64,000 nucleotides of DNA from an uncultured Candidatus Poseidoniales archaeon (GTDB taxonomy: Archaea; Thermoplasmatota; Poseidoniia; Poseidoniales; Thalassarchaeaceae): the NCBI GenBank assembly GCA_964576865.1, contig CAZNVK010000004.1:3006-67005 (forward strand), written 5' to 3'. Positions 9,394-20,507 of the stretch are shown here, piece after piece (position 1 is the first letter of the stretch; each line of letters opens with the position of its first letter). The notes under the pieces were generated by a model. The model did no database searches. It worked only from the letters and a program-made list of their open reading frames with translations, and was not told the origin of the DNA. The translations under genes were made by a program, and so were the position numbers.

Positions 9394-9954
9394 ATGATGA
9401 CACTGGAAGCGCTTGCAAACGAGATCGCTGCCGCGGCTAAGGCCGAGGGCAAGGCGATCACCGATGCAGCTCGCGCGCAGGCGAAGGAGATCGCTGCGGA
9501 GGCATCGGCTGAAGCCGAAGGCGTCCGCTCCGAGATGATCGCGCGCGCGGAGCGAGAGAGCAGCCAGCTGTCGGTGGAAGTCGTGGCTTCGGCCCGACAA
9601 GGCAATCAGAAGCGAGAACTCATCGCACGCCGCGAAGAGTTGGACGCTACTCGAGACGCGGTGCGCACTGAGGTCGGCTCTGCCGACCTCGAAGGTCGCT
9701 CTGACATTCTGAAGGCTCTGCTCGCAGAGGCTAAGGGTGCTGGCGACGATATGGTGCTGCACCCTGTTGCCATCGATAGGAAGGCGCTCACAGGCCAAGG
9801 TTTCGACCTTGGCGACGACGTCGACGGACTGGGAGGATTCACTCTCGAGTCCGCCGACGGATCGATTGTACTGGATTTCCGCTTCGACAGCCGCCTCGAG
9901 GGAGCTTGGGAAAGCAACCTCGGCGCTGTCAACGAAGCGATGTTCGGAAACTGA
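9394..9954 (+). CDS. atpE: A1AO ATP synthase subunit E
   Basis: Coiled-coil N-terminus; C-terminus LGGFTLESADGSIVLDFRFDSRL. SD GAGGTG precedes ATG 9394. Confidence 0.9.
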   Translation: MMTLEALANEIAAAAKAEGKAITDAARAQAKEIAAEASAEAEGVRSEMIARAERESSQLSVEVVASARQGNQKRELIARREELDATRDAVRTEVGSADLEGRSDILKALLAEAKGAGDDMVLHPVAIDRKALTGQGFDLGDDVDGLGGFTLESADGSIVLDFRFDSRLEGAWESNLGAVNEAMFGN

Positions 9955-9967
9955 ATGAGGAATTGAC

Positions 9968-11020
9968 ATGGCGAGAATGGCAAGCGGCCGATCGAATATG
10001 GCAAACGCCGGTGCGCGCGCGAAAGCGCGCAAGGCGTCGCTGATCGATGGTACGCGTATGCGACAGCTGCTACAGCAGGGCACCGATTCAATCGGCGCCA
10101 GCATCGGCGAGTTCGGATACCGCGCCGAGATGGATGTCTACTCCGCCCGCATGGGCGGTTCGGATGCCATCGAGGCGGCGCTCAGCCACAATCTCGACAA
10201 TGATCTCGACTCAGTGCTCGACTTCTGCCAGGGGAACCTCAAGGGTCTCGTGGCAATCTACGTCGAGCGTTACCACTACGAGAAGGCGAAGACCGTCCTC
10301 AGGGCGGTCAACAAGGGTGCTTCGGACGAACTGATCGCCGATCAGATTCTCCCCGAGGAGAACCCAAAGAACAGTCTCTGGCTGCACATCGTGCGAACCA
10401 CTGAGACCGTTCAGGAAGCCGCTGACGCGATGGCGGGAACCCCATGGGGTCGTTGCCTCGCCAAGCTCGAGGGCGAACCATCTCTGCAGGAGATGGAGGA
10501 CGCCCTCGACAGGCAATATTTCGCAAATTCTCTCGCAGCGGTAAAGGGCCCGGACGGAAGCCCGCAACTCCTGCGCTATCTGCGCACCGAAATCGATCAT
10601 CGAAACATCGTGAACCAATTCCGCGCTCAGAAGCAGAACCTCTCTGCTGAGACGCGCGCGAACCTGAACATACCGGGAGGCAGGATCGGAGAAGCTGTGC
10701 TGCGCGCGGCCAATCAAGCCGATTCGGAGGAGGCATTGCTTGATGCCCTCCGTCGTTCGAACGCCTTCGACGATTCCGGCTTCGAGGAAGCCATGCAGGA
10801 GTCTGCCAAGCGAGGTACATTCGACCCGCTCGTCAATCTCCTGCGCAACCAGCGACTGGCGATGCTGAAGCGATTCTCGCATCTCAATCCGGTCTCTGCC
10901 TTCCCGGTAATCTACTACATTCAAGCCAAGGTTCTGGAGGTTCAGAACCTACGCCTGCTCGTGCGCGGCAAGGCTGCTGGTCTCAGCGATGAGGTCATCG
11001 AAGCGCACCTATATGTCTGA
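9968..11020 (+). CDS. atpC: A1AO ATP synthase subunit C
   Basis: NARARARKASL-type N-terminus, LDRQYF, EIDHRNI, and K..EVQNLRLLVRGK at the C-terminus; operon position fits. Confidence 0.9.
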   Translation: MARMASGRSNMANAGARAKARKASLIDGTRMRQLLQQGTDSIGASIGEFGYRAEMDVYSARMGGSDAIEAALSHNLDNDLDSVLDFCQGNLKGLVAIYVERYHYEKAKTVLRAVNKGASDELIADQILPEENPKNSLWLHIVRTTETVQEAADAMAGTPWGRCLAKLEGEPSLQEMEDALDRQYFANSLAAVKGPDGSPQLLRYLRTEIDHRNIVNQFRAQKQNLSAETRANLNIPGGRIGEAVLRAANQADSEEALLDALRRSNAFDDSGFEEAMQESAKRGTFDPLVNLLRNQRLAMLKRFSHLNPVSAFPVIYYIQAKVLEVQNLRLLVRGKAAGLSDEVIEAHLYV

Positions 11021-11026
11021 GGTGAA

Positions 11027-11329
11027 ATGATGGAAATCGCAGTTGTCGGTACACCAGAATTCACTCTCGGATTCCAACTCGCCGGCGTTACACGCCTGCA
11101 CAACCCCGAGGACCTCGAAGAGACCGCAACGGTCCTTCGAGCTCTGCTCGACCAACCCGAGGTCGGCATTGTCGTAATCGACAGCGCCGAGCTCACCCAG
11201 ATGCCAGAGAGGCTGCGCCAGCAACTCTCAGACAGCATCACGCCCACAGTGTTGGGCATTGGGACCGAGGAGGATAACACCCTCCGCGAGTCCATCAAGT
11301 CGGCCCTTGGAGTCGACTTGTGGAAGTGA
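11027..11329 (+). CDS. atpF: A1AO ATP synthase subunit F
   Basis: [18 protein letters not shown] and [15 protein letters not shown] are typical subunit F motifs. Confidence 0.95.
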   Translation: MMEIAVVGTPEFTLGFQLAGVTRLHNPEDLEETATVLRALLDQPEVGIVVIDSAELTQMPERLRQQLSDSITPTVLGIGTEEDNTLRESIKSALGVDLWK

Positions 11330-11358
11330 ATTCCAAGAAAGAAGAAGGAAGTGAAAAA

Positions 11359-13101
11359 ATGAGTGAGGATAATGGAGTGATCTATCGCATTTCAGGACCT
11401 GTTGTGACCGCCGTAGGCATAACCCCCCGTATGTACGAGGTTGTGCGCGTAGGCCATGAGGGACTGATGGGTGAAGTCATTGAATTGCACGGAGACCAAT
11501 CGGTCATCCAGGTATACGAGGAGACGTCGGGAATCAAGCCAGGCGAGCCCGTGATTCGAACTGGGCAGACCCTGTCTGTCCAACTCGGTCCGGGTCTGCT
11601 AACGCAGATTTACGACGGAATCCAGCGACCGCTGGAGGACCTCGAAGAGACGATGGGTGTCTTCATCACACGTGGTGTGGACGCCGACGGTCTCGATCTG
11701 TCGAAGGAGTGGGAGTTCAACGCGACCGCTGCCGTCGGCGACGAGGTCGCGGCCGGTGCGGTGATCGGAGTGGTCCAAGAGACCGAGACGATTGAGCACC
11801 GCGTCATGGTTCCACCTGGAAAGGGTGGCGTCATCAAGAGCATCGAGTCGGGTTCATTCGACGTGACCCAGACCGTTTGTACGCTCGAAGATGGCACCGA
11901 GATTGCCATGATGCAGGAGTGGCCGGTGCGAACGCCCCGACCATTCGTGCAGAAGTACGCACCGGATGTGCCACTCATCACAGGCCAGAGGATCCTCGAC
12001 TTCCTATTCCCTCTGGCCAAGGGTGGTACCGCTGGTATTCCCGGACCATTCGGAAGCGGCAAGACCGTCACCCAGCAGCAGCTGGCGAAGTGGTCCGACG
12101 CTCAGATCGTTGTCTACATCGGATGCGGTGAGCGCGGGAACGAGATGACTGAGGTTCTGACAGAGTTCCCTCACCTCATCGACCCGCACACAGGAAAGCC
12201 TCTGATGAACCGAACCACGATGATTGCAAACACCTCCAACATGCCTGTGGCTGCTCGTGAGGCTTCGGTTTACACTGGAATCACCATCGCCGAATACTTC
12301 CGCGACATGGGCTACGACGTCGCTCTCATGGCCGACTCTACAAGCCGCTGGGCCGAAGCAATGCGTGAGATTTCCTCACGTTTGGAAGAGATGCCCGGTG
12401 AGGAGGGTTACCCTGCTTACCTATCGAGCCGACTCGCCGAGTTCTACGAGCGAGCTGGCCGTGTCCAGACGCTCGCCGGCGACGACGGATCTGTATCCGT
12501 CATCGGAGCCGTGTCCCCGCCTGGCGGTGACATCTCCGAGCCTGTCAGCCAGGGTACACTGCGTATCGTCAAGGTGTTCTGGGGACTCGACGCTGGCCTC
12601 GCTCGCCAGCGCCACTTCCCTGCGATTAACTGGCTCAGCTCCTACTCGCTGTACCCACAGGCACTCGACCAGTGGTACCGTGACAATATCGCCAGCGACT
12701 TCCCAGAGATTCGCACGGAGATCAGTGCGCTTCTGCAGGTTGAAGCCGAGCTTCAGGAAATCGTCCAGCTGGTCGGTTCCGACGCCTTGCCTATCGACCA
12801 GCAGTTGACTCTCGAAGTCGCTCGAATGATTCGTGAATTCTTCCTGCAGCAGAACGCTTTCCACGATGTGGATACTTACAGCGACCTGAAGCTGCAATAC
12901 ACGATGGCCCGTGCTATCCTCGCCTTCCAGGCGGAGGCGAAGAAGGCCATCGCCGGCGGTTCGGCCCTCGAGGACGTGGTGAACGTTCAGGCCCGAACCG
13001 ACATCATGCGCGGACGATTCGAGTCCGGCTACAGTGACCGCATCGAAGGACTCGTGTCCGACATGGGTAAGCAGATTGCTGCTACCATGGAGGAGAACTG
13101 A
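11359..13101 (+). CDS. atpA: A1AO ATP synthase catalytic subunit A
   Basis: Walker [27 protein letters not shown], and [11 protein letters not shown]. Length is normal, with no intein. Confidence 0.98.
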   Translation: MSEDNGVIYRISGPVVTAVGITPRMYEVVRVGHEGLMGEVIELHGDQSVIQVYEETSGIKPGEPVIRTGQTLSVQLGPGLLTQIYDGIQRPLEDLEETMGVFITRGVDADGLDLSKEWEFNATAAVGDEVAAGAVIGVVQETETIEHRVMVPPGKGGVIKSIESGSFDVTQTVCTLEDGTEIAMMQEWPVRTPRPFVQKYAPDVPLITGQRILDFLFPLAKGGTAGIPGPFGSGKTVTQQQLAKWSDAQIVVYIGCGERGNEMTEVLTEFPHLIDPHTGKPLMNRTTMIANTSNMPVAAREASVYTGITIAEYFRDMGYDVALMADSTSRWAEAMREISSRLEEMPGEEGYPAYLSSRLAEFYERAGRVQTLAGDDGSVSVIGAVSPPGGDISEPVSQGTLRIVKVFWGLDAGLARQRHFPAINWLSSYSLYPQALDQWYRDNIASDFPEIRTEISALLQVEAELQEIVQLVGSDALPIDQQLTLEVARMIREFFLQQNAFHDVDTYSDLKLQYTMARAILAFQAEAKKAIAGGSALEDVVNVQARTDIMRGRFESGYSDRIEGLVSDMGKQIAATMEEN

Positions 13102-13113
13102 GGAGGGATATGA

Positions 13114-14499
13114 ATGAGTGGAAAGGAATACCGAACCATCACCGACGTCAAGGGACCTCTTGTGTTCCTGAACAAGACCGAACCAGTCGCCTATGGTGAA
13201 ATCGTCCAGTTGCGACTCACCGACGGCTCAATGAAGAACGGACAGGTTCTCGACACCTCCGACGACCAAGTCGTCGTTCAGGTATTCGAGGGAACCGCCC
13301 GTGTCGACCGCCAGACCGGCGTCAAGTTCCTCGGAGACGTTTTCCGCCTGCCTGTGAGCAAGGACCTCATCGGCCGTATCCTCGACGGAGCCGGTCGACC
13401 TCGCGACGGTGGACCAGCAATCGTCCCAGATGAGATGGCTGACATCATTGGAGCGGCGATCAACCCTTACTCGCGTCAGAGCCCAGAGTCGTTCATCCAG
13501 ACCGGTGTGTCTGCAATCGACGCCTGCACCTCGCTGGTGCGCGGACAGAAGCTGCCGATCTTCAGCGCCTCTGGTCTGCCACACAACGATATCGCTCTGC
13601 AGATTGCCCGACAAGCCAAGCTCGTCGGCAGCGACGACGATTTCGTGGTTGTTTTCTGCGCTATGGGAATCACCGCTGAGGAGTACAATTACTTCGTTCA
13701 CGACCTCGAGCGCACCGGCGCTCTCGAGAACGCAGCTCTCTTCGTCAACCTCGCAGACGACCCAGCCGTCGAGCGCCTGATCACTCCGCGACTGGCGCTG
13801 ACAGCAGCTGAGTACCTAGCCTTCGAGCACGATTACCACGTGCTCGTCATCTACACTGACATGACCAACTACTGCGAGTCCCTGCGACAGATCGGTGCCG
13901 CCCGTGAGGAGGTTCCCGGACGACGGGGTTACCCCGGTTACATGTACACTGACCTAGCAATGCTCTACGAGCGCGCGGGCCTTGTGAAGGGCAAGAAGGG
14001 AAGCATCACGCAATTCCCGATTCTCACGATGCCTGGTGACGATATCACCCACCCGATCCCTGATCTATCCGGTTACATCACCGAGGGACAGATCGTTATT
14101 TCGCGTGAGCTGCACCAGAAGGGTATCTACCCGCCGATCAACGTTCTGCCTTCGCTCAGCCGACTGATGAACGCTGGTATCGGACCGGGCAAGACCCGAG
14201 AGGACCACAAGTCGGTATCCGACCAGCTCTACGCTGCTTACGCTCAGGGTCGCGAGTTGCGCGGCCTTGTTGCGATCGTCGGTGAGGACGCGCTGAACGA
14301 GCGTGACCTCCAGCTGCTGAAGTTCGCGGACATCTTCGAGAACAAGTTCCTGCGACAGAGCCGCGATGAGGACCGCAGCATCGACGAGGGCACGCTCGAC
14401 CTCGCTTGGGATCTGCTGACCAATATCGACACGAAGTACCTCGTGCGATTGGACCAGAAGTGGATCGACAAGTACCACCCAACCGAGAAGAAGGAGTGA
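13114..14499 (+). CDS. atpB: A1AO ATP synthase subunit B
   Basis: [33 protein letters not shown], and [16 protein letters not shown]. Confidence 0.98.
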   Translation: MSGKEYRTITDVKGPLVFLNKTEPVAYGEIVQLRLTDGSMKNGQVLDTSDDQVVVQVFEGTARVDRQTGVKFLGDVFRLPVSKDLIGRILDGAGRPRDGGPAIVPDEMADIIGAAINPYSRQSPESFIQTGVSAIDACTSLVRGQKLPIFSASGLPHNDIALQIARQAKLVGSDDDFVVVFCAMGITAEEYNYFVHDLERTGALENAALFVNLADDPAVERLITPRLALTAAEYLAFEHDYHVLVIYTDMTNYCESLRQIGAAREEVPGRRGYPGYMYTDLAMLYERAGLVKGKKGSITQFPILTMPGDDITHPIPDLSGYITEGQIVISRELHQKGIYPPINVLPSLSRLMNAGIGPGKTREDHKSVSDQLYAAYAQGRELRGLVAIVGEDALNERDLQLLKFADIFENKFLRQSRDEDRSIDEGTLDLAWDLLTNIDTKYLVRLDQKWIDKYHPTEKKE

Positions 14500-14535
14500 A
14501 ACCCGCGTACTGCGAGTCGATAAGGAGGTGAATGA

Positions 14536-15153
14536 ATGGCATTGGACATCAAACCAACCAGGTCCGAGCTGATCAACCTCAAGCGACGCATCAAGCAGAC
14601 ATCGAGCGGGTACAACCTGCTGAAGATGAAGCGCGATGGTCTGTTTCACGAGTTCCGTACTCTTCTCTCGGAGATGATTTCGGCTCGTGAGGAACTCGTC
14701 GGAACCTACCGCGAGGCGGTCGAGGCGATCAGCCTCGCCAGCGCCATCGAGGGAGGCTTGGCGGTGAAGAGTGCGGCTATCGCGAACTCGGCTTCACCCG
14801 AGGTTCAAGTCAGCCGCCGCAACATCATGGGAGTGGTCGTTCCTCAAGTCGTTGGAGAGAATCTCACCTCGACCATCGAGGAGCGTGGGACCGGCCTCAT
14901 CGGAGGCTCGCCTTACATCGATGAGGCCGCTGATGCTTACTCGGACCTAATCGCGAATATCGTCAAGGCAGCCGAGATGGAAGCGACTCTCAAGCGCCTG
15001 CTCGAGGAGATCGAGTCGACCAAGCGTCGTGTCAACGCGCTTGAGTTCAAGGTTATTCCAGAGATGAAGGAAGCACAGACTTTCATTCAGCTCAGACTTG
15101 AAGAGATGGAAAGAGAGGAAACTTTCCGCTTGAAGCGATTCAAGAACAAGTAA
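14536..15153 (+). CDS. atpD: A1AO ATP synthase subunit D
   Basis: PTRSELINLKRR...GYNLLKMKRD and TKRRVNALEFKVIP...LEEMERE. Confidence 0.97.
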   Translation: MALDIKPTRSELINLKRRIKQTSSGYNLLKMKRDGLFHEFRTLLSEMISAREELVGTYREAVEAISLASAIEGGLAVKSAAIANSASPEVQVSRRNIMGVVVPQVVGENLTSTIEERGTGLIGGSPYIDEAADAYSDLIANIVKAAEMEATLKRLLEEIESTKRRVNALEFKVIPEMKEAQTFIQLRLEEMEREETFRLKRFKNK

Positions 15154-15299
15154 GCCTGACTCATATTGCTCAGAGCGATTCTCTGTCCTCAGACGGTCGG
15201 CTCGGAATCGATTGATAGCTGGCGGTCTCCGACCGCCAATCCGACCGTCGGATCAGAACGAATCGCGATCTCGTCAGGCTCACTTGTGAACCGCTTGAA
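15139..15299. other. Long imperfect fold-back (nested inverted repeats) spanning the atpD stop codon
   Basis: Nested arms: ACAAGT/ACTTGT, AGCCTGAC/GTCAGGCT, GCGATTC/GAATCGC, TCTG/CAGA, TCC/GGA, GACGGTCGG/CCGACCGTC, and an inner TGGCGGTC/GACCGCCA. Confidence 0.75.
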
Positions 15300-15439
15300 C
15301 GTGCGAACCGGGAGAGCCTTTGGAGTTCGACCTGAGGGTCTTGGGAGAGTTTGCGGGTGTGCCGCGGGTGAAGGATTCATCTTGCGCGGTTTGATAGGTA
15401 GGTGCTTGAGTTCGCAACCACCGCAGGTGGTTGATTCCC

Positions 15440-17890
15440 GTGTCCGAGGCAGAACCAATCATTCTCGACCACTCGTCTTGGACACAGCAGGATTTGCTGT
15501 TGCACATCATTCAGCGCTACTTCGACCTCGGTAACGAAGCGCTGGCTGGACAAGCTTGGGAGGCGAGAGCCAAGGGCGGGCGAAGCGATTCTGCGGCTCT
15601 CGCCGACCTCAATTCCCAGCTCTATCCACTCGGTTTTCTGGCGATGCTTGACGAGGGCGACCCTCCCATCATCAGCATCGCCCCTCATCCTGAGGATCAG
15701 CCAATTATCCCCAATTGGCAGATGGGTGTAGTCTGGGCGATGATGGCTGGATTCCTGACCCTCATCGGAACCGCTTGGCTGGGTCAGTACAATCCCGATG
15801 CAGTTCCATTCGATGGTGGATTGCTCAAGGATGCAGCTCTTCAGATGGCCTTGCCGATGATGCTGGTTCTAGGTCTGGCAAGCGAAGCGAGGCGGCGAAT
15901 GGCTGCCCGATTCGGTGTTGAAATCGGCCATGTCGTACCGATCGCATTCCCGATCCTCTCTGCGAGTTGGCCATTCGGAATCGCAGGAGTTCTGAGCCAG
16001 CGCAGACCGGATTTGACCCCTATACCGAACCGGCGAGCGCTGGCGATGATTGAATTCAGTGCACCTCTGGTACTCTTCTTCGGCGGCACCGCCTTGACGC
16101 TGATCGGCCTCCATCTGACGCCGGTGGAGCCGCCGAATCTGACGGGTGCGCCAATCGCCTTCCAAAACAATCCACTGATCACAATCCTCTCGCTTGATTG
16201 GCTCGGCGAGTCTCTGTGGATCAAATTGCAGTGGATTCACCTCACAGGACTAGCTGGAATCGGCCTGACACTCATCGGCTGGACCCTCCTGCTGCCGATT
16301 CCCGGCCTCCCCGGCGACCGCCTTCTGCACGCCATTTTCGGTCCAGCCCAGATGTCGGATGCAAGCCGACAGACCTCGATGTTCATCACCATGCTGACCG
16401 CGATGGTGATCATCTTCGCCAAGACCGAATACATGCCTTGGCTCATCATCGCGGCCCTCGGCGCGATGCGTCGATTCAGCCCAGAAAACACGCCCGCGCC
16501 GCTCATCATCAACGAAGCCTTGGTGCCGACTCCAGAGGAGCGTTCGCGCTTCGCAGCAATCCTCGTCTTCGTCTTGATCGCTGGATTCCCTGGGATGTAC
16601 CCCTCGTACAACATTCCCGATTGGGGTGGGGGGCTCGATACCTCGGATTGGGCGGAAGAATTGCAATTGACGCTCTCCGAGACCTACGACTTGAACCTCG
16701 AGCTCGCCCCTGCTGGAGTCCTCCCAGTCTCTGGTTGGTTGCAACTGCGAATCGAAGGTGAAAACTCGGTGGCTTGGCAAATCACCTCTCCCCAGTTCAA
16801 CGAGGATGGATTCCATCGTTTCGATGGCGTCACTCAGAATTCTCCAGCGACGCTGAGCGCGACGATAACACCACTCGACATCGCGCTCGACAACCCCTCT
16901 GCGACCCCAGACACAGCAATGTGGCTACGCATTCTAGTCGAGGTCGAGGGCCACATCGACGAGCATCTCATCACCCTTCTCCACCCGCAGACGACCTCCC
17001 CCATCGACCCGCTCTGGCTGCTCATCGAGGACACCGACACACCGCGGATCTGCATGAGCGTCGATAAGGTCGACAATAGGTCAGCAACTCTGGCACTGAC
17101 CAATCCATTCTGGGAGTTCGAGGGCGAGACCAATCTCACCGAACCCGGACTGCACGATGTCTGCTTGCGCGGATACCCCGGTGCCTTGCAGTCCTCGACT
17201 TCTCACGATGAATATCAGCGAATCATGGGCCCTGAGTTGGCGCTGGAATTCGACGATGGCGAGCGCATAATCTGGTTGATGCCGGTCAATGGGACCGAGG
17301 CTCGATTGCAAGTGTCGGATTCTCAATGGCAGATGCCGTATTGGATGGCCGCGAACTCACCCTACACGATTTCATTCGCGGCCCAGGGAACAGCATTCTG
17401 TCCGTCGAGCCAGATTCATCCAGAGATGGACACGAGCGGCTCGTGGAACTGGACATTCCACGAGCGCTCGACAATACTGATTTCAGCCGGAGATTTAGGT
17501 GAGGGAACCCTTCACTTCGGCGAGGAGGGTTGGTTAGCATTTTGTCAGGAGGGAGTGCTGCTTCGTTCATACCGAATTGGGGAGGGCGAGGACGTCCTTC
17601 TGATGCCCGGAGAACTCGGAAGAGGCCTGCAAACCTCACAGAACATCATCGTCAATCGCGAGAATCACAGCCTTTTCGTGCGGGTTGAATGGAGCGGAGA
17701 TGCGCCGGAATCGGATGTCTGGGATGTCTCGATTCCTGATCAGGTCGAGGCGCATTCCGAGGTGGCAATCGAGATTCAATCGAGTGGTGATTTGTCGCTT
17801 TATCGCGCGGTTTGGGTGACCGTTTCAGATGGTGATATCACCGTTCATCTGGCCGCGCGCTGCCCTGTTGATGGGTGCGAGGTGAGCTGA
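15440..17890 (+). CDS. Site-2 protease (M50)-like membrane protein, zinc ligands lost, with large C-terminal extracellular region
   Basis: Colinear with archaeal M50 proteins (P.RRAL..I..SAPL, IHLTGLAG, LLPIPGLPGDRLLHAIFG), but HExxH reads SEARR and LDG reads LPG. The probable start is GTG 15440. Confidence 0.7.
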   Translation: MSEAEPIILDHSSWTQQDLLLHIIQRYFDLGNEALAGQAWEARAKGGRSDSAALADLNSQLYPLGFLAMLDEGDPPIISIAPHPEDQPIIPNWQMGVVWAMMAGFLTLIGTAWLGQYNPDAVPFDGGLLKDAALQMALPMMLVLGLASEARRRMAARFGVEIGHVVPIAFPILSASWPFGIAGVLSQRRPDLTPIPNRRALAMIEFSAPLVLFFGGTALTLIGLHLTPVEPPNLTGAPIAFQNNPLITILSLDWLGESLWIKLQWIHLTGLAGIGLTLIGWTLLLPIPGLPGDRLLHAIFGPAQMSDASRQTSMFITMLTAMVIIFAKTEYMPWLIIAALGAMRRFSPENTPAPLIINEALVPTPEERSRFAAILVFVLIAGFPGMYPSYNIPDWGGGLDTSDWAEELQLTLSETYDLNLELAPAGVLPVSGWLQLRIEGENSVAWQITSPQFNEDGFHRFDGVTQNSPATLSATITPLDIALDNPSATPDTAMWLRILVEVEGHIDEHLITLLHPQTTSPIDPLWLLIEDTDTPRICMSVDKVDNRSATLALTNPFWEFEGETNLTEPGLHDVCLRGYPGALQSSTSHDEYQRIMGPELALEFDDGERIIWLMPVNGTEARLQVSDSQWQMPYWMAANSPYTISFAAQGTAFCPSSQIHPEMDTSGSWNWTFHERSTILISAGDLGEGTLHFGEEGWLAFCQEGVLLRSYRIGEGEDVLLMPGELGRGLQTSQNIIVNRENHSLFVRVEWSGDAPESDVWDVSIPDQVEAHSEVAIEIQSSGDLSLYRAVWVTVSDGDITVHLAARCPVDGCEVS

Positions 17891-18843
17891 TGCGGATCGC
17901 TGTTATCGGTGTTGGGGCGATCGGTGGCGTGGTCCTGGGTGCACTCGCTGATACCGATGCTGATTTGGTCGCCGTCGCGCGAGGGGCGGGGGCTTCGAAT
18001 CTCGAGATGATGGGCTTGCTGCTACACACTCCTGAGGGCGCGATCGAGATGATTCCACCCGAGCGATACTTGGTGGTGGATAGCGAGGAGGGTCCCGTTT
18101 CCGAGCAGATTCGTGGGACCTGCGATGCTGCGGTTCTTTGTGGGAAGGCGGCATCGACTCCGGTTTTGGCTCAATTGGCTGAGGAGGTTCTTACCGAGGG
18201 GGGCATGGCCATCAGCTTGCAGAATGGACTCGGCCATCCCGAGGCGCTCGCGCATCGGCTGGGTCGCGATCGCGTTCTTGGGGGTTCGATTACTCACGGT
18301 GCTTGGAGAGATGGTGAAGGCAGCGTCCACTGGGTCGGGCGCGGTGCTGTTCGGCTCGGCAATCTCGATGGGGGCGAGCCTGGGGTTGTGGCTGCGGGGC
18401 TGGTCGCGGCGCTGGATGTGGCTGGCTTGGAACCGATTTGGTCGGATGATGTCCAGCGCATCGTCTGGCGCAAGATTCTGTTGAATGTCGCCATCAATCC
18501 AGTCTGCGCGATTGCTGGCGTTCGCAATGGTGCGGTCGCCGAGGTTCCTGAACTCTGGGAGCAGGCGATGGGGTCGATGTTCGAGGCGGCGGCTGTGGCC
18601 CGAGCCTTGGGCGTTGATCTGGGTGAAGTCGACCTTGAAGAGCATCTGCGAAAGGTGGTCGAGGCGACTGCGGACAATCGCTGCTCGATGTTGCAGGATG
18701 TGATGGCTGGGCGCGCCACTGAGATCGATTCTCTGTGTGGCGCGGTGGTCGAGCGCGGCGAGGCGGTCGGTGTGCCGACGCCGGTAAATCAATCTCTACA
18801 CGCGCTCGTCAAAGGTATCGAGCGCTCGGGCGAATTCGCTTGA
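17890..18843 (+). CDS. panE: 2-dehydropantoate 2-reductase (ketopantoate reductase family)
   Basis: VIGVGAIGG, SLQNGLG, WRKILLNVAINP, and SMLQDVMAGRATEIDSLCGAVV. Confidence 0.9.
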   Translation: MRIAVIGVGAIGGVVLGALADTDADLVAVARGAGASNLEMMGLLLHTPEGAIEMIPPERYLVVDSEEGPVSEQIRGTCDAAVLCGKAASTPVLAQLAEEVLTEGGMAISLQNGLGHPEALAHRLGRDRVLGGSITHGAWRDGEGSVHWVGRGAVRLGNLDGGEPGVVAAGLVAALDVAGLEPIWSDDVQRIVWRKILLNVAINPVCAIAGVRNGAVAEVPELWEQAMGSMFEAAAVARALGVDLGEVDLEEHLRKVVEATADNRCSMLQDVMAGRATEIDSLCGAVVERGEAVGVPTPVNQSLHALVKGIERSGEFA

Positions 18844-18860
18844 CCGCCGGTTGGGCTGGC

Positions 18861-20507
18861 TCATTCGCAATCGATGTTGAAGTGGAGTCCAACATTCTCG
18901 CGCCGAGCGATGCTGGCTTCGATCACGAGCTCGGCGCAGATGATCAGATTGCGCAACTCGACCATGGTCTGAGTCGGCTTGGTCGCGTGCCAGACCGGAA
19001 CTACCTCCGAGCGGATGTGCGCGATGCGGCGCTCGGCCCGCTTGAGTCGAGCATCGCTCTTCACCAATCCGACATCATTCGTCATCATGCTGCGCAGGGC
19101 CAATAAATCGCTGCGAAGCGTCCCATGCTCAGCCAATTCATCGAGGTCTTCACCTCGCCATCGGGCGATGTCCTGGACGACCTCGGGCAATAACTCGGTT
19201 TCAGCGAGCATGACGATGTCAGAGGCCGCTCGCTCAGAATACACGACCGCCTCGAGCAAGGAGTTCGAGGCTAAGCGATTCGCACCATGTAGGCCAGTCC
19301 GTGCCACCTCGCCAATCGCGTAGAGGCCAGGTAAAACAACCCCATTCCGAAGGGCACGCCCCTTCGAATCGACCGTCACGCCACCGACCAGATAGTGAGC
19401 GGCTGGTCGAACAGGAATCGGGTCAGGCCCAATCCTGATGCCGAGTTCCGCAACACGAGCGGCAATCGTCGGGAACTCGTCGGCAAGCGCATCGGCATCC
19501 AGATGCTCCGTAACCAACAGAACGTGCTCATCGCCGCTGCGCTTCAACTCGCGATCGGTCGCGCGAGCGACCACATCGCGAGTATCCAGCGAACCCTTCT
19601 CCGAATAGCGCGCCATGTACGAGCGCTCAGCAGGAGAACCGGCCGCAGGCCAGCCTCCAGCAGAGCGCCACGAGGCATGCTCGGAACGAGTCATCAGAAT
19701 CGCCCCGTGCCCTCGCATCGCCTCGGTGATCAAGAAAGGATTCTCAGAATCAACGGCCAATGCGGTTGGATGGAACTGAATGAATTCCATATCGCTGACA
19801 TCTGCCCCAACCCGATGAGCCATAGCAACACCATCCCCAGTAGCAACCGGAGGGTTGGTAGTAGCCAAGTGCAACATTCCAGCCCCACCTGAAGCCAGCA
19901 CAACACAACGCGAAGCCAGAGTGTAGACCTTGCCATCGGGAGCCAGGCACCACAACCCAGCAACCCCCTGCTCAGGTGCCCCAAGGTCCCTCCTAACCAA
20001 ATCCAGAACCATCCAATTCTCAAGAATCCGCAAGCCTGACTCGTACTCGCCAGCAACACCCCGAGTCAGCGCCCGCTCAATCTCAGCACCGGTGCGGTCG
20101 CGAGAATGCAGAATCCTCCGCTGGGAGTGACCGCCCTCGCGCGTCAAATCATACAATCCATCCGCGCTCAAATCGAATTGAACACCCTGCTCGACGAGGT
20201 CGCGAATTCGCAAGGCAGCATCAGCCACAACCGAGCGAACCACGCCCTCGTCGCACAAACCACCCCCGGAGGCCAAAGTATCGCGAACATGCGCCTCCAG
20301 AGCCTCCTCATCATCAACGTCCAGAACCCCTGCGATGCCTCCCTGAGCCCAGTTTGTGGAAGAGGTGGAGAGGCTTTTCTTGGTGACGATGGCGACCGAG
20401 AGTCCAGCGCGAAAGCAGCGCAGTGCGAGGAATAATCCAGCGATTCCCGAGCCTATTACCGCGACGTCGACCGGCGGCAGAGAACGGTTCGTAGCCTCCT
20501 CTGCCAT
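18861..20507 (-). CDS. nadB: L-aspartate oxidase
   Basis: VIGSGIAGL, STNWAQGGIA, REGGHSQRRILH, MEFIQFHPT, LITEAMRG, AAHYLVGG, and GLHGANRLASNSLLEAVV. Confidence 0.95.
   Translation of the reverse strand: MAEEATNRSLPPVDVAVIGSGIAGLFLALRCFRAGLSVAIVTKKSLSTSSTNWAQGGIAGVLDVDDEEALEAHVRDTLASGGGLCDEGVVRSVVADAALRIRDLVEQGVQFDLSADGLYDLTREGGHSQRRILHSRDRTGAEIERALTRGVAGEYESGLRILENWMVLDLVRRDLGAPEQGVAGLWCLAPDGKVYTLASRCVVLASGGAGMLHLATTNPPVATGDGVAMAHRVGADVSDMEFIQFHPTALAVDSENPFLITEAMRGHGAILMTRSEHASWRSAGGWPAAGSPAERSYMARYSEKGSLDTRDVVARATDRELKRSGDEHVLLVTEHLDADALADEFPTIAARVAELGIRIGPDPIPVRPAAHYLVGGVTVDSKGRALRNGVVLPGLYAIGEVARTGLHGANRLASNSLLEAVVYSERAASDIVMLAETELLPEVVQDIARWRGEDLDELAEHGTLRSDLLALRSMMTNDVGLVKSDARLKRAERRIAHIRSEVVPVWHATKPTQTMVELRNLIICAELVIEASIARRENVGLHFNIDCE

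Noticed and set aside
9274-10104. Long antisense ORFs (this one, and 20754-21764, 32787-33923, 18022-18792 and similar)
   Set aside because: Shadow frames of well-supported genes in high-GC DNA, with no motifs.
15189-15380. 63-aa minus-strand ORF in the atpD downstream gap
   Set aside because: No recognisable motif, Pro/Ser/Arg-rich like shadow ORFs, and it overlaps the fold-back structure. It cannot be supported as coding.
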